Part shown: positions 14,904 through 29,105 of the stretch, piece after piece
How positions within the stretch are numbered: position 1 is the stretch's first letter
Layout of the letters: the number at the start of each line of letters is the position of its first letter
Origin: Alphaproteobacteria bacterium
GTDB taxonomy: Bacteria; Pseudomonadota; Alphaproteobacteria; MPNO01; UBA830
DNA length: 64,000 nt
Assembly: GCA_964291215.2 (NCBI GenBank)
Contig: OZ219791.1
Location: forward strand, 128,001-192,000
Direction of reading: 5' to 3'
Translations under genes and position numbers: made by a program
The notes under the pieces: model-generated
What the model was told of the DNA's origin: nothing
What the model saw: only the letters and a program-made list of their open reading frames with translations
The model's database searches: none

Positions 14904-17782
14904 TCACGATGATCCCACGCTGCTAATCCGGCGATGACTGGCGAGATTTTTACAGTTTGCGTCGCGCTGCAATCGTGCCGCCAAGGCTCGATGGGACCTT
15001 CTCGGCACAAAAATTACGATCAAGGAGGCGATCTGTGATGAGCCGAGCCCCAACGCATTCGGATTTCGCGTCTCCGAATCAGGTAAGCGTTCGTTCGTGC
15101 GGTGAGGTGTTGTTGTTTTCGTCCGTTTGACGGGCTTTTGTCAGGGAGTTCCAGCGTCACCCGGAGCGGTTTCGTGCACCGGGATGCGCGGTGAGGGGCA
15201 CTGGCGCCATGCCGTGTTTTCCGCATTGGTTGCGGTTTTGTCCCGGCGCTGCGGAGGAGGAACTGAGCGCCATTCTGTGCCGGTTGCAGGGTTCAGCGAT
15301 TGAGGGTCCGCTTCCAGTCCTTGCGGAGCGGGCCAGATGTCCTTCTTCGGCTTCTGTCATGTCGGTCGTGGCGGCCGCTGGTTGTTCCGACGCGGCCGGC
15401 AGACGCCGCGGCGCGGGACCTCGACCAAGGTTTGGCAGGGCACGGGCGGGGTGTTGCAGCGCGCGGTCCATGCGGCGGTCGAGAAGCAGCGGCTCGCCGC
15501 ATGGTAGCGCATTTGCGGCGCCGCCAGGCGCCGAGGTAGTGTCAGCGGGCGGAGCTCGTCGAGAGTCTTCGGGGCGGCGGTGTGATCAGCTTCGGGGCTG
15601 GCGGCGGCAGAAGGCGCGGGCGATGGGGTTCGCTCCGTGATCGTCGCAGCAGCCGCATCTCCGCGACCATGAAGTCGCACCCGTGGCAGCGGCACTCGAC
15701 CTCGCCGCTTACGGCGGCGCCGCGAATCTCCGCCGCCTCTCCGGGCTCACGGAAACCAGGGCGACAGATCGCCGGGCCGCCGTTCTCCGCGCAGGCGCCA
15801 GCGCAGAACGTCGAGGCCGCTCCTCTCGACCGTGCCGTGTACATGACAGCCGTCCATGCTGTCGGAACCGAAGCCGGGTTTCCGCCCGGGCCCCTGACAG
15901 CCCTTTCCCCGAAATTGTTGTCCATGGTCGACGAACACGCGATGGTTGAGCGCAGCGGCCTGCCTTCCGGCGCCGCTTTCGGAAGCCTCGGCGCTTCCGC
16001 AAACAGCGACCGCAGTCTCCAGCGCCGCCTGCGCGGCCTCGAACGCCGCCGGAAGCAAGGCAGTCGAGCCGTGTTCAGGCGGCAGATCTCCGCGATCGAT
16101 CCATTCCCACCCCTCCAGCTGCGGCCGGCGCAGTCCGGAAAGTCGCGTCGACAATGCGCCCGGCAACAGCACAGGATGATGAAGGGCCACAGGCGCGCCA
16201 GCTTCTTGCAGGCGCCGTAGCGGCCGCAGACATGGGGGCCGTCCGCGAACAGCTTCGCCGCGACCTCGGCGCTGCGCGAGGGAGAGAACCGCGTCACGGC
16301 TGACCGATGTCTGGAGCCAGGCGCGACTTCCGGACCTCCCTCGGGGCCTGGATGCATCGGCATGGCGCAAACCCCGGTGCGCGAGGATCGCGTCCCGAAG
16401 CGGCTCGAACAGGGGCAGCATCTGGCTCGCTGGCCAGCGTTCCCGGCGAAAGCCCCTGGACGCGGCGCGCATGCACGCGCTCGTGCAGCACATGCGTCCA
16501 CACCCGAAGGCGGTGCCGGGAAACAGCCGCCACCGGTGAACCGGGGCAGTCACAGCCCCGGCGGACAATCCGCCGCTTTTGATCTCGATGATCCTGGTGC
16601 GAACCGTTGGCAACGCAGCACAAGCAGGCGTCCTCCGCCACCTCCAGCCGCCCTCCACCTCCTCGAGCGCCGGCGGCGGCCAGGAGTGCCGTGCTGCTGG
16701 CCGCGCTTCGATGACGCCCGCGGCCTCTTCTCGCTCTTGCGCCCGTACGACCTGTTCGAACGAAGCTTGTCGTTCTCCGACCCGACCCTTCAGAACCTTC
16801 ATCGCGGTCTTCAGGCCGGCATTCTCCATGCGCAGCGACACCACCGTCGACCGCTTCCGCGCGCCGGCCTCGGCAAGAAGCTGGCCCGGACGCGCAACCT
16901 CCTGCTTCAGCGCAAGAGACTGCTTCGCCGTCCGCCGAATTTCCCTGACCTCCGCACGGGCAGCTGCCAGCTTCTCGCGGTTGCTCTCGAAAATCGCCTT
17001 CAGGGAATTCGCGCGGCCCCTCCACCTCCTGCAAGCGCAGCTCCTCACAGCGCCCCTCCGCCGCCTCGGCTCGAATACGCTCGCGATCGTACAGGGACTT
17101 CCAGGTGGCCGAATCACGACACGACGACTGCGGCATGTCGCCAGCGGCGTCCGCACCCGATGATGACACGAAATCCTCGATGCACATGACCATGCACGAC
17201 CTGGTGGCACCGCCAAAAAAATTTACCAGTGCCCTTCTTCGAATTACCAAAACAAACCTCGGTGCAGATCGTCATCACCGCATGAACGAACGCTTACGAT
17301 TGCACTGGACGAACTGCTGGATGCGCTGCCGAAGAAGGGAAAGCCTGGTCGGGCGGACCGGGAAGCTGACTCGACGTTCCGGAAGATGCGCCGACAGCAT
17401 CCGGCCGTGGAGTCGGCGATCAACAATCTTGAGCAACGCGGCATGGACCGGGTCCTGTGGGGCGGACGGCTTTGCGCGGATGGTGGCGCTGCCCATGGTC
17501 GCCTTCAATGTCCACCGCCTGCTGTTGCACGGACGAGCCCGACGACGAAAACGCGCCGCCTGACGGCGGCGTCCCTCTACCCCACCCACCCGCCGGGAGC
17601 GGGAACGAAGCCGCTCGCCCAGCTTCTCGGCTGGAAGAGCCCTGATACCGCCGCGAATCAGCAGGAATCCTTCCGAAAACGGAGCGGGACCCGGAAGGGC
17701 GATCAAACCAGAAATTTCGCTGGAATCTCAGCCAAAACGGTCATTTCCGCGCGGGCACGAATTAGCATGGGATCGTCGTGGG
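14904..17782 (+). mobile_element. IS5/ISNCY-like element split and partly deleted by an IS66
   Basis: C-terminal RRQHPAVESAINNLEQRG..GFARMVAL at 17386-17560; inverted ends cacgatgatcccacgct / agcatgggatcgtcgtggg. Confidence 0.6.
15083..17297 (-). mobile_element. IS66-family element (type 2), degraded
   Basis: Perfect inverted ends gtaagcgttcgttc; CWAH-RRDF-like and MDNNFGERAVRGP motifs. Confidence 0.8.
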
Positions 17783-17790
17783 CCGCCGTG

Positions 17791-19439
17791 CAGGGCTATT
17801 CTGTTGTCGTCCCAGCGATCGGCGCATGCTGATTTTGGTCCGGGCATTCCGTTTTCGCCGTGGCAGTGTGCCGGCATGGTGACGCTTGCGACCCCGGATT
17901 CCCTCCTTCGCGAGGTGACGGTGCGCACGTGAGCACCGGCTCGGGGACCGCCTGGTCAAGGAGCATCACTACCTGCGGTTTCACGGCATCAAGGGTCTGC
18001 GCCATGTCGCCCTGCACGGCGAGACCTGGGTGGTCGGCTGGCGGCGCGTTCAAGCTTGCTGCACCGCTGGATCGCTGCGGAGCAGCAGTGCCTGCACGCG
18101 AACAATTCCCGGTTCGTTGGGGGGATGCCGAACCTGGCGTCCCGCGTGCTCGGCCTGAGCCTTCGACGGCTGGACATCGAGGCCGCGCGTTCCTCGCGGA
18201 GACGGTCGTCGAGCGCTTCGCCGGAACCTGCTATCGCGCGGCGAACTGGCGCTCGCTTGACGCTCGGTCGCGAGCGGCTCCGCGCGCTTCCGTCACCACG
18301 GCCAGGAGATCTTCATGTACGAACTGGGGCCGCCGGGACGCGATCCCGGAGAGCGCAGCACGACAGTGCCGGGCCTCGGCTGCGCAGCCTGTGCCCGGGC
18401 GAGGTGTGCCGCAAGCGCTATCCGCTGAGAACCATTCTCGCGGCTCGCCGGCTACCGCGGCGTGACCGCATTCGCCGCCCTCCAGGAACAGCTTTTGCGG
18501 CGGTGAACTCGTTCTTCAACCCGAAGCGCTGCACCGCACCCACACCTTCCACACCATCCTCGCCGACCTGCCGCCCGACCCTGCCCTGTGGACGGCCCGG
18601 CAGCAGACACGACGGCAAGGACATCCGCGGCGCCTCCAGCCGACGGCGGATGATGGGGTCGAGCCCGGCATGGTTCTCGGCCAGGCGAAGAGCAACGAGA
18701 TCCCCCTCGCCAGCAGCATCAACGTCACCGGCTGCATCGTCACCATGGACGCGATGCACGCTCAGCACGAGCGGCGGCTTCTCGAGCGCCGCATGTCGTC
18801 ACGGCGATCAGAAATAACCAGGAGACCATGCTCGACGACCTCAAGGCCATCGACTTCGAGGGCTCGTTCGAAACCCTCGACAAGGGCGCATCGAGCGCCG
18901 CCGCCGTGGTCGACATCTCCGGCGCCGAGCGGGACCGCTGCGCTGCTCTCCACGGTCGCCGCCATCCGCATCGAGCGCGAGATCTGCAAGACCAAAGAGA
19001 GCAGCGTCGAGACCACCTGGTGCCTCACCTCGCTCGGCCCCGAACGCCCCGAGATGCTTCTGGCGCGCGGGTCATGGAAAATCGACTCCGCCACGTACGC
19101 GATTTCACCTGCGACGAAGACCGCTGCAGGGTGCGCCGCGCAACCTCTTGACAAACGCCGCCATCCTGCGCTGCGGCGGACACTTCATGCCCGAGGCCAA
19201 CCGGCACTACGCCGCCCGGGATGCGCGCCATCCTCATCCCGCAGATAAACCTTCGCCCCTGACCCCGCGCCACAAGCCGGGAACGCGCCGGCGCAACAGG
19301 ACAGCTCTGCTCGAACACTCGAAAAAGCGTGCCCGGCCTGATGCACCAGCCACTGAAACCGGCCCACAGTGAACCCGGGGTGCCATGCCAGGTCCCTGTC
19401 ACATCAGCAATCCACAGGCCCGACAAAAGAATGGTTCTG
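17791..19439 (+). mobile_element. ISAs1-family element with N-terminal DUF4338-like domain, degraded
   Basis: ANNSRF..PNLASRVLGLSLRRL..FAGTCYRAANW, then DGKDIRG, KSNEIP, IVTMDAMHAQ and ENRL.HVRDFTCDEDRCRVR; ends cagggctattct / agaatggttctg. Confidence 0.75.
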
Positions 19440-19556
19440 GACCGCCGTGCCCGCGCCTGCCATCGGCCGGCGAATTCCGCTACACTGGCGCCGTGCGCCG
19501 CCGCCCGCCCGCGAAGGGTCTCCGGGCCGCGGCGGCGCCGGGAGGACAGGATCACG

Positions 19557-21043
<1,487 letters not shown>

Positions 21044-21047
<4 letters not shown>

Positions 21048-21240
21048 TGTTATGTCAGCAATGATATGTCGTACATTTGGTGCTAGACTGTCCGTCCATT
21101 CGGGATGGAGGTCGGAGTATGAAACGCTACGTGGTGACCCTGGACGAACGGGCAGAACTTTCGGAGATCAAGGGCTCGCACCTGTCGCAAAAGGTAATCA
21201 ACGCCCTGCTTAACTGCGACGAGGGCGCGTTCAATGAATG
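21044..21240 (+). mobile_element. IS630 type B, 5' fragment truncated by IS30
   Basis: Identical left end and MKRYVVTL start. Confidence 0.85.
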
Positions 21241-23439
21241 CCCCACTTCCAGTCTGAAGTGCAACACCCGGCCCTCATCGCAGTGAGGGCGTAGCCCGAA
21301 CGGAGATGAGGGCCGGGTGTTGCGCAAATCTTTCCCCTCTGCCCCTCTCGATTCCGCCTGGAAACAGCTTCAGTTCCTTCAACATCGAGCTTATGCAACG
21401 CCTTTGTCGGCTTCAAGCCACTATTCCGCCGTCGCGCGGCATGGACCCTGCTGCACGTTGCGGCTACGGAACGCAGATGGTCAGGGCGGTTTCACTTCAA
21501 GATTACCTCCGTCGGCGATCCCGGGACTTTCCGAGTGTTGAGCCGCACCTTCTGAACATCTTCGTTGCATGTCGCGCGAAAGTCCGTGCCCTTCGGGAAG
21601 TACTCCCGCACCAGGCCGTTGGTGTGCTCATTCAAGCCGCGCTCCCAGGAATGGAAAGGCGAAGAAGAAATCTGCGTCAAGTGCGACACGCCTGTGGTCT
21701 GCGAACTCCTTGCCGTTGTGATTGTGTGGACCAATAGCGCACCAGAGCCGAGCAGGCGGATCATACCAACCGTGTCTTTCTGTCCACCCAGCAAGGTGTA
21801 TTTCGTGGCACGAGCGACACGACAGCTCCACTGTGAGCTTTGCCGATGATGGCTCCCAGTCGCCGATCCGTTCCTTTGCCTCCGCAGGGCGCTCGGAAAT
21901 GTCCACCCGGCCGGAATGGCATTTGCCCTTCCAGTTCGGCTTCTTGCCGCGCCGCCGAAGCTTCTTCCACAAGGCGCCCCCAGCTCTCCGATCTTCATGA
22001 ATGCGATCATGGATCCGTTGCCGACCCACGGCCCTCCAGTCGAAAACGGCCGCTGCTCGGGGCCCTCCCGCAGCTTTTTCTGAGCTTCAGCCCGAGGCGT
22101 CAACCGCCAGGGTAACTGCTCACCCCCTGGTTCCGGCTTGATGTCGGGGTAGAGTAACGAACGGGTTTTCATGGAGATTTGACACTGCAGGCCGATTCGT
22201 TTAGTGGTGGTCATCGAGAACGATGGGGACCGCCAGTGGGCTACTTTGGATCGAAGGCGACGAGCGGACTGTGCCAGCTGCTTCCGGGGCTCCAGCCCCC
22301 GCATGATCTGTATGTGGAAATGCATCCGGGAGGCGGCGCGCTGATGAAGCGCAAGGCCGGGCGGGGGAGTACCGGAAGATGCCGCCGGGCGAGCGCCAGG
22401 CGATGCTCGCGGCGAGGCCGGGTGATGGCGACGGGCGGCGCGCGAGAAGTTCGAAGCGACCAAGGCGCTGCCGGCAAGGTGTCGGAAGAGGCCGTCATCC
22501 GCGTCCTCGTCATCCTGCTCGACATCCTCATCGTCGTCCTTCTGGAGAAGACCACGCACGAGCCGGAACTCCGGTCTGCCGCCGTCACAGACGGACAAGA
22601 GCGTGCCGGGAGCAAGGGCCCGAAGCCGAACCGGCAGATGGGCGACAACCTGCCATCGTCGAGGAGACGGTCGCGGCCTGCGACGCCTGCGGCGCCGACG
22701 GCCCCGTCGAGCGCCGCACGACATCGTGTTCGAGGTCGCGCCGCGTCGATGCCGAGGAATGCCCGAAGTGCAAGGCCCGGTTCCCCGACAACATCCCGTG
22801 CAGTACGGCATCCAGGCCCTCGTCCCTGCTGGTCGCCCGGATGCTGTCCCTGCGCCGTCGCGCTCGTGCAGGCGATATCAAGCTCTCCGAGGCCTCGGCC
22901 ATGCTTTCACGATGCGTCATGGGAGGAGGCCGCCGTGGCGCACCTCCTGCAACGCCCGATGTCGACGATTTCGGATCAACGGCAAGTGGCTCCATGTCGT
23001 CGGGACGTGCAAGTTCCCGCACCGCAAGCAAGAGATCGGCCCGTGCTACAAGGGCGTCCTGGGCCTCGTACATGGCAGTGTAGCCACCAGCGGCAGCGAC
23101 CTGCTGCGCGAACTGACCTTTGTCGTCGAGGCTGCCGCGCGACTGATGAAGAGCCTGCTCCCTGCCACAAGGTCAACAAGAGCGCATCCAGGACCCTGAA
23201 CGAGGCCGGGCGCTACCGCACCATCAGGGCGCCAGGGAACTGCCCGACATCCCGCCAAAAGGAAAACGCATCGCAAACGCGCACAACCTGCACGAACGTC
23301 TCGTGAAACACGAAAACCTGCGCTTCACAGACGACCATCGCGGTAGGGAACCGGGTTACCCCCCGCACAGAACCAGACGTGCGCTGTTCGCATCCGGCTC
23401 CTCCCCTGACGACAAGGCGCTGGTTTGGCCACGGATGCT

Positions 23440-24520
23440 GGCTCAGTGGGCAGCGGCGAGGGTGTCTATGTCCCCGGTGAAGTCCTTTTGGGAGCGTCGC
23501 CGAAGGGCACGCAGCTGTTTGCATTGGTGTATGAACTTCTGCAGGCTGCTTCCCGGAACGGCGTAGTAGCAGCCGTTGATAACTCACCACTTGGCCGTTT
23601 CGTGCCGGTTATCGTGCCACCGCCTGCGCAAGGCCTCCTTGATCCGCCGCAGGGTGCCCGTTTGCGAGATGGACCGACCCTGAACCTGCCTTTCCTCGTC
23701 TGTTCGCAGAAGTGCGTCATGCCGAGGAAGTCGAACGTCTTGCCCTGCCTACGCTTCCGGCGGTTCGCTCTGGCAAACCGACCGAACTCGATGATTTTCC
23801 GGGTGCAGTTCAAGTGGGCCAGTCTCTCCCCAAGGTCTCAGCGCCGCGCGTCGCTCAGATGCTGAAAGCCGCACACGAAGTCGTCCGCATAATGATCGTG
23901 TCGCCTCCAGCCATCCGCTTGCGCCAATGGTTCTGGAACCAGTCGTACGTAGTGCAGGTAGACGTTCGCAAGGCATGGCGCCGCCCCTTGCGGTGTTCCC
24001 TTGCCAGTCGGTCCCTTCCATGACGCCGGCGTCACTTGATGATCAGACCCCCCGATCCGTTTCCCGAGCATCGCGACCAGATGGTCGCGGTCGAGATTGT
24101 CGAAGAACCCACGGGCGTCAACGATCCAGTTGACCTTCCGCCGTTCCACCGTGACGGCGCATGATGCGCCCCGGCCGGAAGCCGTAACTAAACCCGAGGA
24201 ACTCCGTCTCGCGGCACCAGAATCACACCGCCCGCTGAAGAATCTTGTCCGAGGCAAGCGGTCGTTGCCCTCCATCCTCCTTGGGTATGTAAACCCCGGA
24301 GGCGCCCGGTACGCACCCCTGTGCACACGGGCGTGCAGGCAGTTCCACACCCTCCGCGTACGCTTGCCACACAACGCCCCGCCGCCGCGTCCTTCCTCAA
24401 GGAATGGAACGCATCGTGCAGAACGTCGACCGTCACGTGGTGGAGTAAAGACGCTCTTCCGGGTTCCTCTTCGCTACCTGCGTTCAGCCGCCTGTGACCC
24501 CCGCTTCTGCGCGCGGCGCG
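23440..24520 (-). pseudogene. ltrA: Group II intron reverse transcriptase/maturase, frameshifted (approximate bounds)
   Basis: LLHHVT, GTPQG..PCLANVYLHYV, YADDFV and TFDFLGMTH motifs spread across frames. Confidence 0.8.
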
Positions 24521-24826
24521 GGCTTTGGCCAACCGCATTGCCCTTCCCTCCAACAACTCCGCAGGCTCCGAAGAACCCTTGTTCGCCGCCTTCAGCGGTA
24601 CTATGGCCGAATCTGACTTCTCGTTCATCATCGGTTTACGGATTAGTTCCTTTCCTCTGCGGCCCCTCCACGACAGAGGGGCAAGACCTCCCAGGTCCCT
24701 GCTTCGGCCATGGTTCTCGGACCCCGCGGAGCCCCCGTTCGCCTCACCAACGCGGCTCGTGGGGTGTTGCCCACTCGGACGACCTCGGCACTCCGGTTTC
24801 AAAGCATCTCGTGGCTCAATAGCCTG

Positions 24827-25677
24827 GTCGGGTAGGCCACTGGCGCGCGCATCCTTAGGCGAAGGCTTTATCCGTCACCGCTCTTTCGATTGCGGGCGGG
24901 TTCGCAGAATCGCCATAGACCACGTTTCCAGCAGCCCCCCTAAAATTCCGTACGTCCGGTTTTCCCGGTTCAAGCATCAGGCACCCACTTGGAGTTCGGT
25001 GCGAAGCCTTCCCACGCCATAGTCAAGGCTGACCCAACCATACCCACGGCATCTCCGAGCGTTTGCTCCGTCCTTCGGCCTTGCAGTCTGTCGGTCGGTG
25101 CCGGTCTCTGCGTACCGGCTTGACCTGCCGCATAGGCTACCTGAGCCCTGAGGTCCTCGCTCGGGACGGGTTGTGTTGTCCCGCCCCTTAGGCGACCTCA
25201 TCCGCCAGTCAGGAGGACTCCGCGTCCTTTCCCGTCTCCCGGTTATAGACGCGGTCCTTGACGGGTCTCTTCATCCTGTCTGTCCTCCTCACCTTCCGGT
25301 CTTTCACTGCTGATCTGTCCCGAATTGCCGCCGTCTGTACCCCGGGGAACCCGATGCGTGTTCCTCAGTTCTTCCGCATCGACACTGGCCATCGGGTAGC
25401 AAGCAGACCCTTGGCGTTCACCGTCTATCCCACAAATCAGCTTCGTGTGGGTGGGGAATTTCGGGGCTTCGTCCAATCGTTCGCTTTCGCTACGGCCCTC
25501 CGGTTTGCTCGCCGCCCTGGCTGACCGGACCGGCTGGACACTGCGTTCCAGCCAGCCCACGACGGCTTTCTACGTCCCAGCTCGCTGATCCAGGGTCGCC
25601 CCTGAACCAATGCTACGGCGCCAAACTGAGAATTGCGGGACTTTCACCCGCAAGATCAGCAGCTAGACTCGCTGCAC
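24827..25677 (-). mobile_element. ORF-less group II intron (about 851 nt) nested in domain I of the RT intron
   Basis: 5' GTGCAG; domain V-like CCGGGAAAACCGGACGTACGGAATTTTAGGGGGG; long domain VI ending CCTACCCGAC; absent from the other RT intron copies. Confidence 0.8.
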
Positions 25678-25802
25678 GCCTGCCGCTCCCCAACGCTTCG
25701 CCTGGCGCCTCACGACGCATGGTTCACGGAGAAAGTGGTGGTTAGCCTCTCTTCCTACCGGGACTTGCACCCGGCCACATTCCACCAGTTTGCCTGGCGC
25801 AC

Positions 25803-27444
25803 ATCGCGGTAGGGAACCGGGTTACCCCGGTCCCCCCGCACAGAACCGGACGTGCGCTGTTCGCATCCGGCTCCTCCCCTGACGACAAGGCGCTGATTTG
25901 GCCACGGGTGGCGGATGCTGGCTCAGTGGGCAGCGGTGAGGGTGTCTACGTCCCCGGTGAAGTCCTTTTGGGAGCGTCGCCGAAGGGCACGCAGCTGTTT
26001 GCATTGGTGTATGAACTTCTGCAGGCTGCTTCCTGGAACGGCGTAGTAGCAGCCGTTGATAACTCACCACTTGGCCGTTTCGTGCCGGTTATCGTGCCAC
26101 CGCCTGCGCAAGGCCTCCTTGATCCGCCGCAGGGTGCCCGTTTGCGAGATGGACCGACCCTGAACCTGCCTTTCCTCGTCTGTTCGCAGAAGTGCGTCAT
26201 GCCGAGGAAGTCGAACGTCTTGCCCTGCTTCCGGCGGTTTGCTCTGGCAAACCGACCGAACTCGATGATTTTCCGGGTGCAGTTCAAGTGGGCCAGTCTC
26301 TCCCCAAGGTCTCGGAGAAAGCGCCGCGCGTCGCCCAGATGCTGAAAGCCGCACACGAAGTCATCCGCATAATGATCGTGTCGCCTCCAGCCATCCGCTT
26401 GCGCCAGTGGTTCTGGAACCAGTCGTACGTAGTGCAGGTAGACGTTCGCAAGGCATGGCGATACAATCGCCCCTTGCGGTGTTCCCTTGCCAGTCGGTCC
26501 CTTCCATGACGCCGGCGTTCAGCCACTTGATGATCAGACCCCCCGATCCGTTTCCCGAGCATCGCGACCAGGTGGTCGCGGTCGAGATTGTCGAAGAACC
26601 CACGGGCGTCAACGATCCAGTTGACCTTCCGCCGTTCCACCGTGACGGCATCGAGCGCATGATGCGCCCCGGCCGGAAGCCGTAACTAAACCCGAGGAAC
26701 TCCGTCTCGCGGCACCAGAATCACACCGCCCGCTGAAGAATCTTGTCCGAGGCAAGCGGTCGTTGCCCTCCATCCTCCTTGGGTATGTAAACCCCGGAGG
26801 CGCCCGGTACGCACCCCTGTGCACACGGGCGTGCAGGTCAACCAGTTCCACACCCTCCGCATACGCTTGCCACACAACGCCGTCCACGCCCGCCGCCGCG
26901 TCCTTCCTCAAGGAATGGAACGCATCGTGCAGAGCGTCGACCGTCACGTGGTGGAGTAAAGACGCTCTTCCGGGTTCCTCTTCGCTACCTGCGTTCAGCC
27001 ACCTGTGACCCCCGCTTCTGCGCGCGGCGCGGGCTTTGGCCAACCGCATTGCCCTTCCCTCCAGCAACTCCGCAGGCTCCGAAGAACCCTTGTTCGCCGC
27101 CTTCAACGGTACTATGGCCGAATCTGACTTCTCGTTCATCATCGGTTTACGGATTAGTTCCTTTCCTCTGCGGCCCCTCCACGACAGAGGGGCAAGACCT
27201 CCCAGGTCCCTGCTTCGGCCATGGTTCTCGGACCCCGCGGAGCCCCCGTTCGCCTCACCAACGCGGCTCGTTGCCTTCGGCCACGACCTCGGCACTCCGG
27301 TTTCAAAGCATCTCGTGGCTCAATAGCCTGCCGCTCCCCAACGCTTCGCCTGGCGCCTCACGACGCATGGTTCACGGAGAAAGTGGTGGTTAGCCTCTCT
27401 CGGGACTTGCACCCGGCAACATTCCACCAGTTTGCCTGGCGCAC
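25803..27444 (-). mobile_element. Group II intron (RT-encoding), copy 2
   Basis: Complete ends abutting copies 1 and 3; RT motifs. Confidence 0.9.
25925..27030 (-). pseudogene. ltrA: Group II intron RT/maturase, frameshifted (approximate bounds)
   Basis: KDAAAGVDGVVWQAY, KVNWIVDA-GFFD and IIEFGRFA motifs. Confidence 0.8.
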
Positions 27445-29105
27445 ATTGCGGTAGGGAACCGGGTTACCCCCCGCACAGAACCGGACGTGCGCTGTTCGCT
27501 CCTCCCCTGACGACAAGGCGCTGGTTTGGCCACGGGTGGCGGATGCTGGCTCAGTGGGCAGCGGCGAGGGTGTCTATGTCCCCGGTGAAGTCCTTTTGGG
27601 AGCGTCGCCGAAGGGCACGCAGCCGTTTGCATTGGTGTATGAACCCCTGCAGGGATTGACTGCTTCCCGGGACGGCGTAGTAGCAGCCGTTGATGACTCA
27701 CCACTTGGCCGTTTCGTGCCGGTTGTCGTGCCATCGCATGCGCAAGGCCCCCTTGATCCGCCGCAGGGTGCCCGTTTGCGAGACGGTTTGCGACCGACCC
27801 TGAACCTGCCTTTCCTCGTCTGTTCGCAGAAGTGCGTCATGCCGAGGAAGTCGAACGTCTTGCCCTGCTTCCGGCGGTTCGCTCTGGCAAACCGACCGAA
27901 CTCGATGATTGTCCGGGTGCAGTTCAAGTGGGCCAGCCTCTCCCCAAGGTCCCGGAGAAAGCGCTGCGCATCGCCCAGATGCTGAAAGCCGCACACGAAG
28001 TCGTCCGCATAATGATCGTGTCGCCTCCAGCCATCCGCTTGCGCCAGTGGTTCTGGAACCAGTCGCACGTAGTGCAGGTAAACGTTCGCGAGGCAGGGCG
28101 ATACAATCGCCCCCTGCGGTGTTCCCTTGCCCGTATCCGACCAGTCGGTCCCTTCCATGACGCCGGCGTTTAGCCACTTGATGATCAGACCCCCCGATCC
28201 GTTTCCCGAGCATCGCAATCAGGTGGTCGCGGTCGAGATTGTCGAAGAACCCGCGGGCGTCAACGATCCAGTTGACCTTCCGCCGTTCCACCGTGACGGC
28301 GTCGAGCGCGTGATGCGCCCCGGCCGGAAACCGTAACTAAACCCGAGGAACTCCGTTTCGTAGAGCGGCACCAGAATCACACTGCCCGCTGAAGAATTTT
28401 GTCCGAGGCAAGCGGTCGTTGCCCTCCATCCTCCTTGGGTATGTAAACCCTGGAGGCGCCCGGTACGCACCCCTGTGCACACGGGCGTGCAGGCAGTTCC
28501 ACACCCTCCGCATACGCTTGCCACACAACGCCCCGCCGCCGCGTCCTTCCTCAAGGAATGGAACGCGTCGTGCAGAGCGTCGACCGTCACGTGGTGGAGT
28601 AAAGACGCTCTTCCGGGTTCCTCTTCGCTACCTGCGTTCAGCCGCCTGTGACCCCCGCTTCTGCGCGCGGCGCGGGCCAACCGCATTGCCCTTGGCCTTC
28701 CCTCCAGCAACTCCGCAGGCTCCGAAGAACCCTTGTTCGCCGCCTTCAACGGTACTATGGCCGGATCTGACTTCTCGTTCATCATCGGTTTATGGAATAG
28801 TTCCTTTCCTCTGCGGCCCCTCCACGACAGAGGGGCGATTGAAAGACCTCCCAGGTCCCTGCTTCGGCCATGGTTCTCGGACCCCGCGGAGCCCCCCTCA
28901 CCAACGCGGCTCGCGGGGTGTTGCCCACTTGGACGACCTCGGCACTCCGGTTTCAAAGCATCTCGTGGCTCAATAGCCCGGCCTGCCGCTCCCCAACGCT
29001 TCGCCTGACGCCTCACGACGCATGGTTCACGGAGAAAGTGGTGGTTAGCCTCTCTTCCTGCCGGGACTTGCACCCGGCAACATTCCACCAGTTAGCCTGG
29101 CGCAC
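27445..29105 (-). mobile_element. Group II intron (RT-encoding), copy 3, adjacent to the 5' exon
   Basis: Complete ends; nearly identical to 43714-45375. Confidence 0.9.
27555..28670 (-). pseudogene. ltrA: Group II intron RT/maturase, frameshifted (approximate bounds)
   Basis: YETEFLGFSYGFRPGR, GTPQGAIVSPCLANVYLHYV and YADD motifs. Confidence 0.8.

Larger units (their letters stand above)
23337..25802 (-). mobile_element. Group II intron (RT-encoding, class E-like), copy 1, contains a nested ORF-less intron
   Basis: 5' GTGCG; domain V GAGCCGGATGCG..CGCACGT; 3' end CCTACCGCGAT; RT motifs. Confidence 0.9.

Noticed and set aside
23440-28670. Reverse transcriptases as a retron, DGR or defence RT system
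   Set aside because: Each RT lies between a GTGCG 5' end and domain V/VI with precise exon junctions; no template/variable repeat pair or msr-msd is visible.
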